A DNA stretch of 64,000 nt. It comes from an uncultured Poribacteria bacterium. Its GTDB lineage: Bacteria; Poribacteria; WGA-4E; WGA-3G. The notes beneath the pieces were generated by a model. It was not told the origin of the DNA, did no database searches, and saw only the letters and a list, made by a program, of their open reading frames with translations. Positions 30,059-39,998 of this stretch are shown one piece after another. The first letter of the stretch is position 1. Every line of letters starts with the position of its first letter. The stretch spans positions 3,264,001 through 3,328,000 of the forward strand of contig CATQHZ020000001.1 of assembly GCA_958296135.2 (NCBI GenBank), read 5' to 3'. Both the position numbers and the translations under genes were made by a program.

Positions 30059-30421
30059 TTACTCTCCCCATACGATTGCTTCAACTCTGTCGGAGACTTC
30101 AGAGACTGTCTCCTCGGGCAGATAACACAGGAACCTTGTTTCTCTCTCCCGCCAATCAAGACACTTAACCTGATCCGCCCGGATGACACCGTCCACAGCA
30201 AGCCCATCTGGGATAGCAACTTCAAAAGCAGTGCCCCTGACGGTTCGTGTGACTGGGCAGATAACCGCCGTATTTTGTTGGAGGTTAAAATCCCATGACG
30301 AAAGAACAAGGGCCGGACGACGCTTCCTAAGCTCAGTCCCCATTTGCGGCTCTAAGTTAATCTGCACCACGTCGCCTCGCGCGGGGACGTAGGTTGCGTC
30401 ATATCGGTTTAGTCTTCCCAT
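30059..30421 (-). CDS. mazF: MazF/PemK family endoribonuclease toxin
   Basis: YVPARGDVV, GTELRKRRPALVLS, CPVT, ADQVKCLDWRER. Confidence 0.92.
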   Translation of the reverse strand: MGRLNRYDATYVPARGDVVQINLEPQMGTELRKRRPALVLSSWDFNLQQNTAVICPVTRTVRGTAFEVAIPDGLAVDGVIRADQVKCLDWRERETRFLCYLPEETVSEVSDRVEAIVWGE

Positions 30422-30798
30422 ATTATTTCGGCACCTACAGCTGGTCCGGTATCCCATTCCCCATCAGGTTCCTTATCACACCCTGCGGCGAGTAAGTCCG
30501 CCAGTTTCAAACGGGGGCGACCCGGGGGGCGACCTTTCTTTTCCTCCCGATGCGGCTTGATACCTGCCGCTTGCACCGCCGCAAGATGCTCGGCATAGCC
30601 CGGGTCTTGGGCCAACAACTCCGAGAGTTTCAAGCGGGGCAGGTTCGGGGGCCGCCCCACTTTCTCCTCCCGATGCGGCGCGAGAGGGACATCGGCCTTT
30701 ACCGAAGTCTGCTTCTCCGGTTTGCCGTTAAGCGTCGTCAGGAAATTGAGATAGGCGATAATTGTCAAGCACTCTTGTGGTGAAATCATGAAATGCAT
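30409..30798 (-). CDS. Putative antitoxin with MazE-like C-terminus and an internal duplication
   Basis: Overlaps the mazF start; L.DLLA..EWDTGPAVGAE tail; no recognisable AbrB domain. Confidence 0.7.
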   Translation of the reverse strand: MHFMISPQECLTIIAYLNFLTTLNGKPEKQTSVKADVPLAPHREEKVGRPPNLPRLKLSELLAQDPGYAEHLAAVQAAGIKPHREEKKGRPPGRPRLKLADLLAAGCDKEPDGEWDTGPAVGAEIIWED

Positions 30799-30822
30799 CT
30801 CCGTTAGGTTCAGCGCGCAACC

Positions 30823-31431
30823 TTAGTTGTCCCGAAGCGCGCGTTCGTAATCTTCGCGGTAATCAATATCCCGTAGCACCCGGTCGGTATCCACAGTGAC
30901 GTAGTGGATATCGTCGGCACATGTCTTAAAAAGGGTTCGCACCCCGCCGCTGTCCGCGCCTAGCGCGAGAATGTCTCTGGCATACCGCCGATGAAAAATA
31001 GCGGGATGGCCGCGGCGATAGTTGTAACTTGGCACGGCAATGCCTTGCTCGGTTTGAGCATAAGCATCTATCACCCTATCAATCAGCGTAGGCGTAATGA
31101 ACGGCTGATCTACCAGCATCAGCGCGAAGGCAGCTGTGGTTTTATTCAGCGAGCGCACACCGCACTGCGCAGAGGACAGCATCCCGTCGCGATAATCCGG
31201 ATTAAAAACGATTTGAACCGGTTGCTCCCCCAGTTTTTCCTGAACCAGCTCAGCGCAATGCCCAACGACGACGCGAACCTCATCTAGTTTGGACATAAGC
31301 ATACTGTCAACAACAGTCTCAACGATGGTGCTTTCGCCAAACGGGAGCAGCTGCTTCGGTTCACCCATCCGGGTAGAGAGCCCTGCCGCAAGCAAAATGC
31401 CCGATATAAGCGGATTTGGAGTAGGTGTCAT
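30823..31431 (-). CDS. MobA/MocA-like nucleotidyltransferase (molybdenum cofactor cytidylyltransferase-like)
   Basis: LAAGLSTRMG.PKQLL, LVDQP, GHP, DID. Confidence 0.88.
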   Translation of the reverse strand: MTPTPNPLISGILLAAGLSTRMGEPKQLLPFGESTIVETVVDSMLMSKLDEVRVVVGHCAELVQEKLGEQPVQIVFNPDYRDGMLSSAQCGVRSLNKTTAAFALMLVDQPFITPTLIDRVIDAYAQTEQGIAVPSYNYRRGHPAIFHRRYARDILALGADSGGVRTLFKTCADDIHYVTVDTDRVLRDIDYREDYERALRDN

Positions 31432-31432
31432 C

Positions 31433-32392
31433 TCAATACCGAATCCCAAAAGACTGATATGCCCCAGTGAAGGGCCGCTCGTCAATTTCAAGTGAGTCAA
31501 CCTTGGCGTAGCGAGGCCCCTGCCTTAACAACGCCACCAACGCATCTAGCTGCGCCTTATCTCCCTCCGCGACAACTTCCACTTTGCCGTTCGCTAAGTT
31601 TTTGGCGTAGCCGTTCACACCGAGTTGCTTCGCATTGCGCTGCGTGAAATTGCGGAAACCAACGCCTTGCACCTTGCCGCTGATGAGAACGTAAAATTGC
31701 ATCTTCTGGTTCACCTCAATCGTCACTGTGACAGGCGTGCCAAGCGGTGGCAGCAGTGCATCGTTCTTTTTATACAGATTTTCCGCTGCCGCTTCAGGTA
31801 ACGGATTTTGGAAAAGCGCGCTGCCATCGAGATGATTCAAAGCGACAACATCGTTGCTCATGAACGCCTGCGGCAGCATTGCATCCTCGTCTTCGCTCTC
31901 CAAGTCTGGCACGATGCGTGAACCGGTGTAAATCCATGCGACATGTTGCATAGGCTTCTGCGTCTTCACGTTGTGCAGTAACTCTTCCGCGCGCACTTTC
32001 TGCGGTTTATCCCCCGCTGTCCATTCCACCGAGATAACAACCGTTTCCCCTCTCGGCGGTGTCGGTTCGTCGGTTTCCATGTCGTAGCCGGGTGGAGTGC
32101 CGGCTTCAACGCCGAGTGTGCCGAATGCGGCGTGAAGCTCCTGCGCCGTCGCATCCACGACGATAATGCTTTCGTACTCCTTGCCACCGCGCCCACAGAT
32201 GAGATATTCTACCGCGCCCCGTAAATGCATATCGTATTCGCCGAGTGCCTTGGAAATTTCTCCCCTTAAGACAACCCGTTTCTCCGCCGCCCTAATTTGG
32301 AGATGGGCCTCTGTCCACCCGACGTTCTGCAACGCGATGAGACATAACCCGATGCAGACAATTTTCGCCGCCGTATCAAAGCAAGATTTCAT
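31433..32392 (-). CDS. Fusion: signal peptide + YdjY-like domain + acylphosphatase
   Basis: C-terminal ISGKVQGVGFR..GYAKNL..GKVEVVAEG; N-terminal EYLIC..KEYES..WIYTGS. Confidence 0.8.
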   Translation of the reverse strand: MKSCFDTAAKIVCIGLCLIALQNVGWTEAHLQIRAAEKRVVLRGEISKALGEYDMHLRGAVEYLICGRGGKEYESIIVVDATAQELHAAFGTLGVEAGTPPGYDMETDEPTPPRGETVVISVEWTAGDKPQKVRAEELLHNVKTQKPMQHVAWIYTGSRIVPDLESEDEDAMLPQAFMSNDVVALNHLDGSALFQNPLPEAAAENLYKKNDALLPPLGTPVTVTIEVNQKMQFYVLISGKVQGVGFRNFTQRNAKQLGVNGYAKNLANGKVEVVAEGDKAQLDALVALLRQGPRYAKVDSLEIDERPFTGAYQSFGIRY

Positions 32393-32413
32393 CGGATAAC
32401 TCCTTTGCCATTT

Positions 32414-33223
32414 TCAAAAAGTATAACGCAATCCGTTAAAAATTTCCACATCATATTTTTCAATGCCGGTTGGCGGTTCGCCATCGTACCGGAAATTGAG
32501 GCGCAGTGGAAATGCTAGCCGCGTCGTCAAACGGAAGGTGACGTTCCCCTCAAAAAGGAGGCGGTAATCTGCAATCCGCTTGGCATGCACCTGATAATAG
32601 CCGGTTGCGCTGGTAGTGATGCGTTCAGCGAGCTGCCCGTTCCAATTGATATAGTTCGTTGCTCGGACAATCCGAGTGTTCATTTCGCCAGCATTCGCTG
32701 CGTTAAGCCGCTCGTGCTCCCACATAGCACCGATGCCGAGATAGAGATGCAATCGCGGATTTGAAGGCATCACCGCGAATCGTGCACCACCACCTGCTAA
32801 ATTCCGGTCGCTCAGCAGAATAGAGGTGTTGAATTGCTTCTGGACGAAGGCTTCAAGTGAGATGTGCCGCGTTAATCCTCGGATGATTCGTCCATGTATC
32901 ATACCTTTGTTCGTGAAAAACGTGCCGCTTTTTCTGCCGAGTTGTAGACTACCGAAAACAAAGCCGTGATACGTCCTTGCCAGATAATCCGAGCGGCATC
33001 GGGCGCGCAGTGTCAGCAACTCCGTATTTCCTGCAAGATAGGTTGAATCAAGCGAGACGCTATTATACCACCCAGGCTCCAACCGCATCTGCTTCATCGT
33101 CTCACCCGTGAAAATGTTCACTTGTGCTGAGGCAGCACCACACAAAGCCAAGCAAAAAGTCACGAGGAAAAGCCGGGCACCTTGCCGTTGGAAATCATGC
33201 ATTGGACATAACCTGCGAATCAA
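32414..33223 (-). CDS. DUF481-like outer-membrane beta-barrel protein
   Basis: Signal peptide, AGNTE, amphipathic strands, terminal GLRYTF. Confidence 0.75.
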   Translation of the reverse strand: MIRRLCPMHDFQRQGARLFLVTFCLALCGAASAQVNIFTGETMKQMRLEPGWYNSVSLDSTYLAGNTELLTLRARCRSDYLARTYHGFVFGSLQLGRKSGTFFTNKGMIHGRIIRGLTRHISLEAFVQKQFNTSILLSDRNLAGGGARFAVMPSNPRLHLYLGIGAMWEHERLNAANAGEMNTRIVRATNYINWNGQLAERITTSATGYYQVHAKRIADYRLLFEGNVTFRLTTRLAFPLRLNFRYDGEPPTGIEKYDVEIFNGLRYTF

Positions 33224-33741
33224 AAGATATTCGTACCACCGAGCGGATGGCTCGGAATATAGCGAAGAGCGCCGTAGGCATCTTGCCGGAGCATCATCGG
33301 AATTATCAACTCGGGCATCTTCAACTCGGCGAGTTTGTCCCGCTGCATCGCTGTTAGTTCCGCTGTTATCTCCTTGACTAATTTCTCAATTTCCCTGAGA
33401 AACAACTCGCGCTGCCGCATGAATTTCCGCGCTTCTTCCCGGAAGGCAGTCAATTCGCGCCGCCTTCCCGGGTCGAAGTAACTGCCAGGATACCGGTCGA
33501 ACTGCTGCTGCCTGATGCCGGACCGGAACACCTGATACTCCGCCTCCAACTGCTTCTTCTCAAAATTGTAGTCCTCAACGATGTCGCTGATGAGTGCCAA
33601 TTTCGGTTGAATTGCCTGCTTCTGGCTTTCAGTGAGTTGCAGTGCAGCGGTGCTTTTGGGGACATCGATCAGCTTGAGTCCGCCGCATGCCGGCAAGAAA
33701 CAGCAGAGGAGTAGGAGCAGGAGTATCTGTCTGTCGCTCAT
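33220..33741 (-). CDS. Hypothetical helical lipoprotein
   Basis: Lipobox LPAC; stop overlaps the next start. Confidence 0.75.
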   Translation of the reverse strand: MSDRQILLLLLLCCFLPACGGLKLIDVPKSTAALQLTESQKQAIQPKLALISDIVEDYNFEKKQLEAEYQVFRSGIRQQQFDRYPGSYFDPGRRRELTAFREEARKFMRQRELFLREIEKLVKEITAELTAMQRDKLAELKMPELIIPMMLRQDAYGALRYIPSHPLGGTNIF

Positions 33742-33844
33742 GACGATTCTCCTTTATGGGCAAGCCCTAACCCGATAAGAGTCCATTAGGCCTGCAAAAT
33801 GTTTAGCAGCATGGCGCGCTGCCAAAGCGCGCCTACCGGGCCTA

Positions 33845-35362
33845 TCAGGCCGCTTTGCCCAAATCATACAACCCTCCATATTTCGTTCGGAGATACGCGA
33901 TATAGGGTTCAATGGACAAAGAAGTTCCTGTCGCGCGTTCAATGAGTTCAGGCGCGGTGTATTTCGACCCGTGTTGGTAGAGGTTCTCCTTCAACCACGT
34001 GTGCAGCGTGCCAAACTCGCCGCGCTCGATCTCCGATGGGATGGCAGGATGCGCGGCAAGCGCGGTCGCGAAAAATTGCGCACCTAAGATATTCCCCAAC
34101 GTGTATCCCTGGAACGAACCGCCGATGAGCCCGAAATACCAATGCACGTCTTGCAAGACACCGTCCTTGTCATCTCGCGGTACAATGCCGAAATCCGTCT
34201 CAAACCGCTCACGCCACGCGTTGGGAAGTTCCCGAATTTCAAGGTTCCCCTCAAGCATCGCTAACTCGAAATCGAAGCGCAACATGACGTGCAGGTTATA
34301 GGTAACCTCGTCCGCGTCGGTGCGGATGAGGGAACGCTCCACCTTGTTAATTGCACGGTAAAACTCGTCCAGCGGGACATCGCTGAGCTGCGCCGGAAAA
34401 ATGCCTTGCAACTTCGGATAAAAGCACTGCCAAAACCCGCGGCTCCGCCCGACAATGTTTTCCCACAATCGCGATTGGCTCTCATGGACACCGGATGACG
34501 TGCCGCCAGCAAGCGGCGTGCCTTCCAACTCCATGCGGATACCCTGTTCATAGAGCGCATGCCCAGTCTCGTGCAAAGTCGTGAACAAGGCATCGCTGAG
34601 GTTATCCTCTCTGGAACGAGTTGTGATACGGACATCCCCAAGGGAGAATTTCGTCATGAAGGGATGATGCGTCTGGTCGCGCCGCCCACGCTGAAGATCA
34701 TAGCCGAACCGCTGCGCGACATCCATGCTAAACTCAAACTGCTGCGCCTCCGGAAAATTCTTGCGCAGACAAGCATCATCGGCTGGCGGTTGTTCGGTAA
34801 TCGCACGGGCAATTGGGACGAGTTCTTCCCGCAAATCAGCAAAAATACGGCTGACATCGGTAGCCTTCATCCCGTAATCGCTTGATTCGATTAGCGGATC
34901 GGCGATGTGTTCATAACCGGGGAAGAAATTGGCGGCTTCGCGACTGTAGTCCAGCGTTTTCTCCAGATAGGGACGCACGCGCTCAAAATCGTTCGCTGGA
35001 CGCGCCTCCGTCCAGACTTGGTAGGAGGCAGAAGTGTGGTTTGTCACCTCTGCCATGAACTCCGATGGGATTTTGGTGGCGCGCTCGTATTCTCGCCGAG
35101 TGACGCGCAGCAAACTCGCCTCATCGGAATCGTAAGCGAGGTTTTCTTCGTACGGCACCAGTGCGTCTAATAATTTCCCGATGCCCAGGGCAGTAAACTT
35201 TTCGTGTGCCAAGCGGCTGAGCGTTGCAGTTTGGCGGGCACGCGCGGCAGCACCGCCAGGCGGCATATAGGTGGACTGATCCCAATAAAGCAACCCCGCT
35301 GCTGACGACAGATCATCCACCTCCATCAAACGGGTTTTGAGTTCCTGAAATTTTGCTTCCAT
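33845..35362 (-). CDS. Carboxypeptidase M32 (Taq type)
   Basis: HPF, HETGH, HESQ, IRTDAD, GVLQDVHW. Confidence 0.95.
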   Translation of the reverse strand: MEAKFQELKTRLMEVDDLSSAAGLLYWDQSTYMPPGGAAARARQTATLSRLAHEKFTALGIGKLLDALVPYEENLAYDSDEASLLRVTRREYERATKIPSEFMAEVTNHTSASYQVWTEARPANDFERVRPYLEKTLDYSREAANFFPGYEHIADPLIESSDYGMKATDVSRIFADLREELVPIARAITEQPPADDACLRKNFPEAQQFEFSMDVAQRFGYDLQRGRRDQTHHPFMTKFSLGDVRITTRSREDNLSDALFTTLHETGHALYEQGIRMELEGTPLAGGTSSGVHESQSRLWENIVGRSRGFWQCFYPKLQGIFPAQLSDVPLDEFYRAINKVERSLIRTDADEVTYNLHVMLRFDFELAMLEGNLEIRELPNAWRERFETDFGIVPRDDKDGVLQDVHWYFGLIGGSFQGYTLGNILGAQFFATALAAHPAIPSEIERGEFGTLHTWLKENLYQHGSKYTAPELIERATGTSLSIEPYIAYLRTKYGGLYDLGKAA

Positions 35363-35498
35363 AGTTGTTCCTCTTCTTGCATAGCTTTCTATAATTTTAC
35401 CATAGTTCGTTGTTCAAATCAAGGAAAATCTGTCTGCAGATATCAGGCGGATATAGAAATCCACCCTGACAATCAGGAACGAGAAAAAAGATGCAAAT

Positions 35499-35520
35499 TT
35501 GTCACATTTATGCCACAGAA
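35499..35520 (+). promoter_or_regulatory. Putative Pho box
   Basis: 11-bp direct repeats TTGTCACATTT / ATGCCACAGAA upstream of pstS. Confidence 0.6.
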
Positions 35521-35596
35521 AAGCGAAAAAGATGTTATATTATATTGAACCACTGTATGCTATAATTCCCAGAATTCAGCCAGAGAGGCAAACAGC

Positions 35597-36508
35597 GTGC
35601 TAAAAACGTTTTTAAACCTCATTCTCCTGTCAGCGTGCTGCATCGGATTTGGCGGATGCGCGCCGAACGGAGAAATGACGGCCACCGCACAAAAGAGCAA
35701 GCAGGCTATCATAAAAAATAAAGGTTCCGACACTATGGTAAATCTGGCGCAGGCATGGGCAGAGGCCTACACCGATGTCAGCCCTACCGCGTCCGTGGAG
35801 GTATCGGGCGGAGGCTCTGGCACCGGTGTCGCGGCACTTATCAACGGCACCGTCGATATTGCCAACTGCAGCCGGCAGATAAAACCGATGGAACTGGCGC
35901 AAGCAACCGAAAATACCGGCAAAGTCCCACAAGAGTTTATCGTCGGGTATGATGCACTCGCCGTTTACGTGCATCAGGACAACCCGTTGGACCGGATTAG
36001 CATTCGCGAACTCGCCGAAATTTACGGGGAGCGCGGAACGCTAACCAAGTGGAGTCAACTCGGCATTGCGCATGAAGACTGCCCAAGTGATAAGATTATC
36101 CGCATCAGCCGGCAGTCAAACTCAGGCACCTACTTCTATTTCCGGGAGGCGTTGCTTGGCAAGACGCGCGACTTCGCCCTCGGTTCACTAGATTTACACG
36201 GGTCCAAGGATGTTGTCGAAGTGGTGGAGCGCACCCCATGTGCTATCGGATACAGCGGCATGGGATACGCCACCGAGCACGTCAAAATGCTGGATGTCGC
36301 CATCGAATCCGGCGCGCCCTACTATGCACCGAACCTCCAAAACGTGCTGGACAAAACGTATCCTATTGCGCGGCCGTTGTATATGTATTCCCTCGGAGAA
36401 CCGACCGGGGAGGTGAAAAACTATCTGGATTGGATCTTCTCGCGAGAGGGACAAAGCATTGTCGAGAAACTCGGCTTTGTGCCGCTCGAAAACGAGGGTA
36501 GTCCGTGA
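35597..36508 (+). CDS. pstS: Phosphate ABC substrate-binding lipoprotein
   Basis: KGSDT, GGGSGTG, NSGT, YPIARPL. Confidence 0.95.
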   Translation: MLKTFLNLILLSACCIGFGGCAPNGEMTATAQKSKQAIIKNKGSDTMVNLAQAWAEAYTDVSPTASVEVSGGGSGTGVAALINGTVDIANCSRQIKPMELAQATENTGKVPQEFIVGYDALAVYVHQDNPLDRISIRELAEIYGERGTLTKWSQLGIAHEDCPSDKIIRISRQSNSGTYFYFREALLGKTRDFALGSLDLHGSKDVVEVVERTPCAIGYSGMGYATEHVKMLDVAIESGAPYYAPNLQNVLDKTYPIARPLYMYSLGEPTGEVKNYLDWIFSREGQSIVEKLGFVPLENEGSP

Positions 36509-37410
36509 AGATTCTAGGAAAAAACAGAGGGACGAATGTCCCACTTTCTGAAACCGTTATAGAATTATTCATCCGCTTGTGCGGCATCAGCTCAATCCTC
36601 TTCGTGTTCGGTATTTTCTTCTTCGTGTTTCGGGAGGGAGCCGATTTCCTTTTCGGCGGGTTGGACCTGGGGCAGTTCCTGACGAGCCCGGAATGGTATC
36701 CTACCTCACTGGGCAACAAAAGGTACGGCACACTCGCCTTGATTCTCGGCACATTTAGCGTCACTGCCTTGGCCATGCTGCTCGCTGTCCCGTTCGGACT
36801 TGGCGCGGCCATCTTCGTGTCCGAATTCTGTAGCCCGAAACTGCGAGAGACGTTCAAAATTATCATCGAATTGCTCGCCGCTATCCCATCTGTCGTCTGG
36901 GGATTCATCGGCTTGACGTTGATGAATCAGTTAATTATCAAACTATTTAACGCCCCGATCGGGTTGACAATGCTGAACGGCAGCATCATGCTGGCGTTGA
37001 TGAGTGTCCCCATCATCGTCTCTATTGCGGAGGATGCACTGAAAGCGGTACCGGACTCCTACCGCGAAGCAGCGGAGGCACTCGGCGCGACGCGCTGGCA
37101 ACTGATTTATCGCGTGCTGTTACCGGCGGCGAAAAATGGATTATTGGCGGCGGTGCTACTCGGCGCAGCGCGCTCCATCGGCGAAACGATGGCGGTGCTG
37201 ATGGCGACAGGGCACTCGGTGAACATTCCGGAAGGACCGCTCTCTTGGATCCGCACCCTCACGGCGACAATCGCGGCGGAATTGGGGGAAGTTGCAAGAG
37301 GCGGCGAGCATTATCAGGTGCTTTTTATCATTGGCATCCTGCTTTTTACGATTACGTTTGCGGTGAATCTCATCGCCGATTTGGTTATCAAGGGGATTCG
37401 TAAGGCATAA
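36505..37410 (+). CDS. pstC: Phosphate ABC permease PstC
   Basis: ELLAAIPSVVWG, ALGATRW, GETMAV. Confidence 0.95.
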   Translation: MKILGKNRGTNVPLSETVIELFIRLCGISSILFVFGIFFFVFREGADFLFGGLDLGQFLTSPEWYPTSLGNKRYGTLALILGTFSVTALAMLLAVPFGLGAAIFVSEFCSPKLRETFKIIIELLAAIPSVVWGFIGLTLMNQLIIKLFNAPIGLTMLNGSIMLALMSVPIIVSIAEDALKAVPDSYREAAEALGATRWQLIYRVLLPAAKNGLLAAVLLGAARSIGETMAVLMATGHSVNIPEGPLSWIRTLTATIAAELGEVARGGEHYQVLFIIGILLFTITFAVNLIADLVIKGIRKA

Positions 37411-38394
37411 ATGGGAAAACCGGATACCGTTCAATATCCATCCGCAATGAAAAATATGAACAACACTACACACGCAACAACGGGAGGCACAAGGGACAAC
37501 AGCAGCACTTTATTTACGGAAACCGCCATCGGCAGACGGAAGCGGTGGACAGAAAACGGCGTGAGGATTTTCTTCTTCCTGATGTGCTGTCTCATGATTC
37601 TGCCCCTGCTTTTAATTATCGGGTATCTTTTATATAAGGCACTGCCGGTACTCTCCTTTGAATTTCTGTTTACGAATCCGAAGGACAACATGCGAGCAGG
37701 CGGGCTTTGGGCCCCCTTCCTCGGCACCATCTATCTCGTCGTAGTCTCGCTGCTGGTTTCCGCGCCGATTGGCGTATTCGCTGCAGTTTATCTCAACGAA
37801 TACGCCAGAGACAATTGGTTTACGCGCATCGTCAACCTCGCCGTCGTGAATCTCGCGGGGGTGCCGAGCATCGTGCATGCGCTATTCGGTGTCGGCGCGT
37901 TTGTGCTGTTCGCCGGGTTAGGGGAATCGGTGCTGGCGGCATCGCTGACGCTGGCAATTATGACATTACCGGTTATCATCGCCAGCACAAAAGAGGCACT
38001 CAACGCCGTGCCGATGTCGTTCCGGGAAGCGTGTTGGAATCTCGGCGCAACGCGATGGCAAACGATTCGCCGCATCGTCCTACCGAACGCCATCAGCGGC
38101 ATTTTGACCGGGGTTATTTTACAGGTGTCGCGAGCAGCGGGGGAAACCGCACCAATTATGTTCACCGGGGCCGTTTTTTACAAAACTATTGCAGAAGGAG
38201 ACGTTTTCGCGTATAATATCACCGACCAGTGTATGGCGTTGTCGCTTCATCTTTTTACCATTTCGACGCAGGTGCCGGACGTAACGGAGGGTATCCCTTA
38301 CGGCACGGCGATTGTGTTGGTGGGCAGCGTGCTCCTCGTCAATGCAGCTGCAATCGCCTTAAGGGTCTACCTCCGAACGCGAAAGAAGTGGTAG
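37411..38394 (+). CDS. pstA: Phosphate ABC permease PstA (start uncertain)
   Basis: YLNEY, LAGVPSIV, RAAGETAP. Confidence 0.95.
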   Translation: MGKPDTVQYPSAMKNMNNTTHATTGGTRDNSSTLFTETAIGRRKRWTENGVRIFFFLMCCLMILPLLLIIGYLLYKALPVLSFEFLFTNPKDNMRAGGLWAPFLGTIYLVVVSLLVSAPIGVFAAVYLNEYARDNWFTRIVNLAVVNLAGVPSIVHALFGVGAFVLFAGLGESVLAASLTLAIMTLPVIIASTKEALNAVPMSFREACWNLGATRWQTIRRIVLPNAISGILTGVILQVSRAAGETAPIMFTGAVFYKTIAEGDVFAYNITDQCMALSLHLFTISTQVPDVTEGIPYGTAIVLVGSVLLVNAAAIALRVYLRTRKKW

Positions 38395-38444
38395 AATCCG
38401 AAGCGCGATTATCGGTAATTGCGGAATACGCGTGAGACTACCTT

Positions 38445-39185
38445 ATGAGCCAGGGAAAAATGCAAGAAAAAATAAGAGCCATCGTAGAGAGCCGCTGGTT
38501 CAGCATTCTCATCCAGTTGCTGATTCTCGCATCCGCTCTCACCTTTGCATTTGAATCCGGAAAGCAGACCCCGGACTATATTTCCGATCTTTTCCCAATT
38601 ATTGACATGGGGTTCTTGTTTCTATTTGCGGTTGAATACATGCTGCGGATTTGGGCCGCGCCTAAAAAATGGCAGTTCATTTTCAGTTTCTTCGGCATCG
38701 TCGATCTGCTCTCCATTTTACCGGCGATGCTCTTCCTCTTACCCCAATTCCGAATGCTCCGCATCTTGAGATTCCTGCGCATCTTCAGAATCCTCAAAGC
38801 CACCCGGTTCATTCTCGCTGTCGATAGGTTGACAACGGCATTGGATGACGTGAAAAGAGAACTCTTCGCCCTCGTCATTTTGTCGCTGATGCTCGTCTAT
38901 TTGGCGGCGTGCGGCATTCACTACTTTGAAAAAGAGACGCAACCAGAGGCGTTCGGTTCGATTTTTGGTTCAATGTGGTGGGCCATCGTCACACTCACCA
39001 CCGTCGGATACGGCGATGTGTATCCTACCACGACAGGCGGCAAAATTTTTACGGCACTCGTTACGCTCATCGGTGTCGGGCTCATCGCGATTCCATCGGG
39101 ACTGCTCGCCTCGGTTTTGACAGAAGCACGCTCAGAACGCCGAAAATCAGAAGAGATAGAGACGCATGGAAAAGAAGAAGATTGA
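38445..39185 (+). CDS. 6-TM voltage-gated-type potassium channel
   Basis: S4 helix RMLRILRFLRIFRILK; selectivity filter TTVGYGD. Confidence 0.93.
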   Translation: MSQGKMQEKIRAIVESRWFSILIQLLILASALTFAFESGKQTPDYISDLFPIIDMGFLFLFAVEYMLRIWAAPKKWQFIFSFFGIVDLLSILPAMLFLLPQFRMLRILRFLRIFRILKATRFILAVDRLTTALDDVKRELFALVILSLMLVYLAACGIHYFEKETQPEAFGSIFGSMWWAIVTLTTVGYGDVYPTTTGGKIFTALVTLIGVGLIAIPSGLLASVLTEARSERRKSEEIETHGKEED

Positions 39186-39924
39186 AGTATCGGAACTTAG
39201 GGTGCGCTACGGCAATAAACCTGCCTTGAACGGCGTTTCTTTTGATGTCTACGAAAACGAAATCCTCGGCATCATCGGACCGGCGCAATCCGGCAAAACG
39301 ACGCTGTTGAAGGTTATCAACAGAACGCTGGAGCTCACGCGGGGGACAACCGTTGAAGGCACAGTGAAACTCGATGGCGAGGATGTCCACACTATCACGG
39401 ATGTCTACGGCTTGCGGCGGCGCATCGGCATGGTGTTGCCGTTGCCAGTAGGGTTGCCGCTCTCCATCTACGACAACGTCGCCTTTGCACCGCGCACCGC
39501 CGGGCCCCGCAAGAAATCCGAATTGGATAACATCGTCGAACGGTGCCTAAAGCAAGCCGCCCTCTGGGACGAAGTGAAAGACCGGCTGGATAGCCTCGGC
39601 ACAAAACTGTCCGGTGGACAGCAACAGCGGTTAACCATCGCCCGCGCGCTCTCACATCAACCAGAAATTCTGTGCCTTGACGAATTCTCTATTGCCGTAG
39701 ACCCGGTTACGACGATGCGCATTGAGGAGGTGCTGAAAACGCTCCGCACCGAAATGACAATCCTGCTCGTCACCAATTTAGTGCAGCAGGCAAAACGGCT
39801 GGCGAATCGGACTGCGTTTTTTCTCAACGGTGCTCTAGTGGAAATTGACGCAACGGATGTGATTTTCTCCGATAACCCGGCGAATCAGTCCACCTACGAC
39901 TACGTCAACGGAAACTTCGGGTAA
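39166..39924 (+). CDS. pstB: Phosphate ABC ATPase PstB copy 1 (degenerate H-loop)
   Basis: GPAQSGKT, LSGGQ, ILCLDE; VTN instead of VTH. Confidence 0.9.
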   Translation: MEKKKIEVSELRVRYGNKPALNGVSFDVYENEILGIIGPAQSGKTTLLKVINRTLELTRGTTVEGTVKLDGEDVHTITDVYGLRRRIGMVLPLPVGLPLSIYDNVAFAPRTAGPRKKSELDNIVERCLKQAALWDEVKDRLDSLGTKLSGGQQQRLTIARALSHQPEILCLDEFSIAVDPVTTMRIEEVLKTLRTEMTILLVTNLVQQAKRLANRTAFFLNGALVEIDATDVIFSDNPANQSTYDYVNGNFG

Positions 39925-39998
39925 TTCTGCCCAGTATCGAAAACGTAGGCATCAACAACGTTGATGACGGATTACGTAAAAAAGTCATTGCACCAATC

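Noticed and set aside
29134-31431. Aerobic CO dehydrogenase (cox) cluster
   Set aside because: Only CoxD-like and MocA-like accessory genes; no coxLMS or VWA partner here
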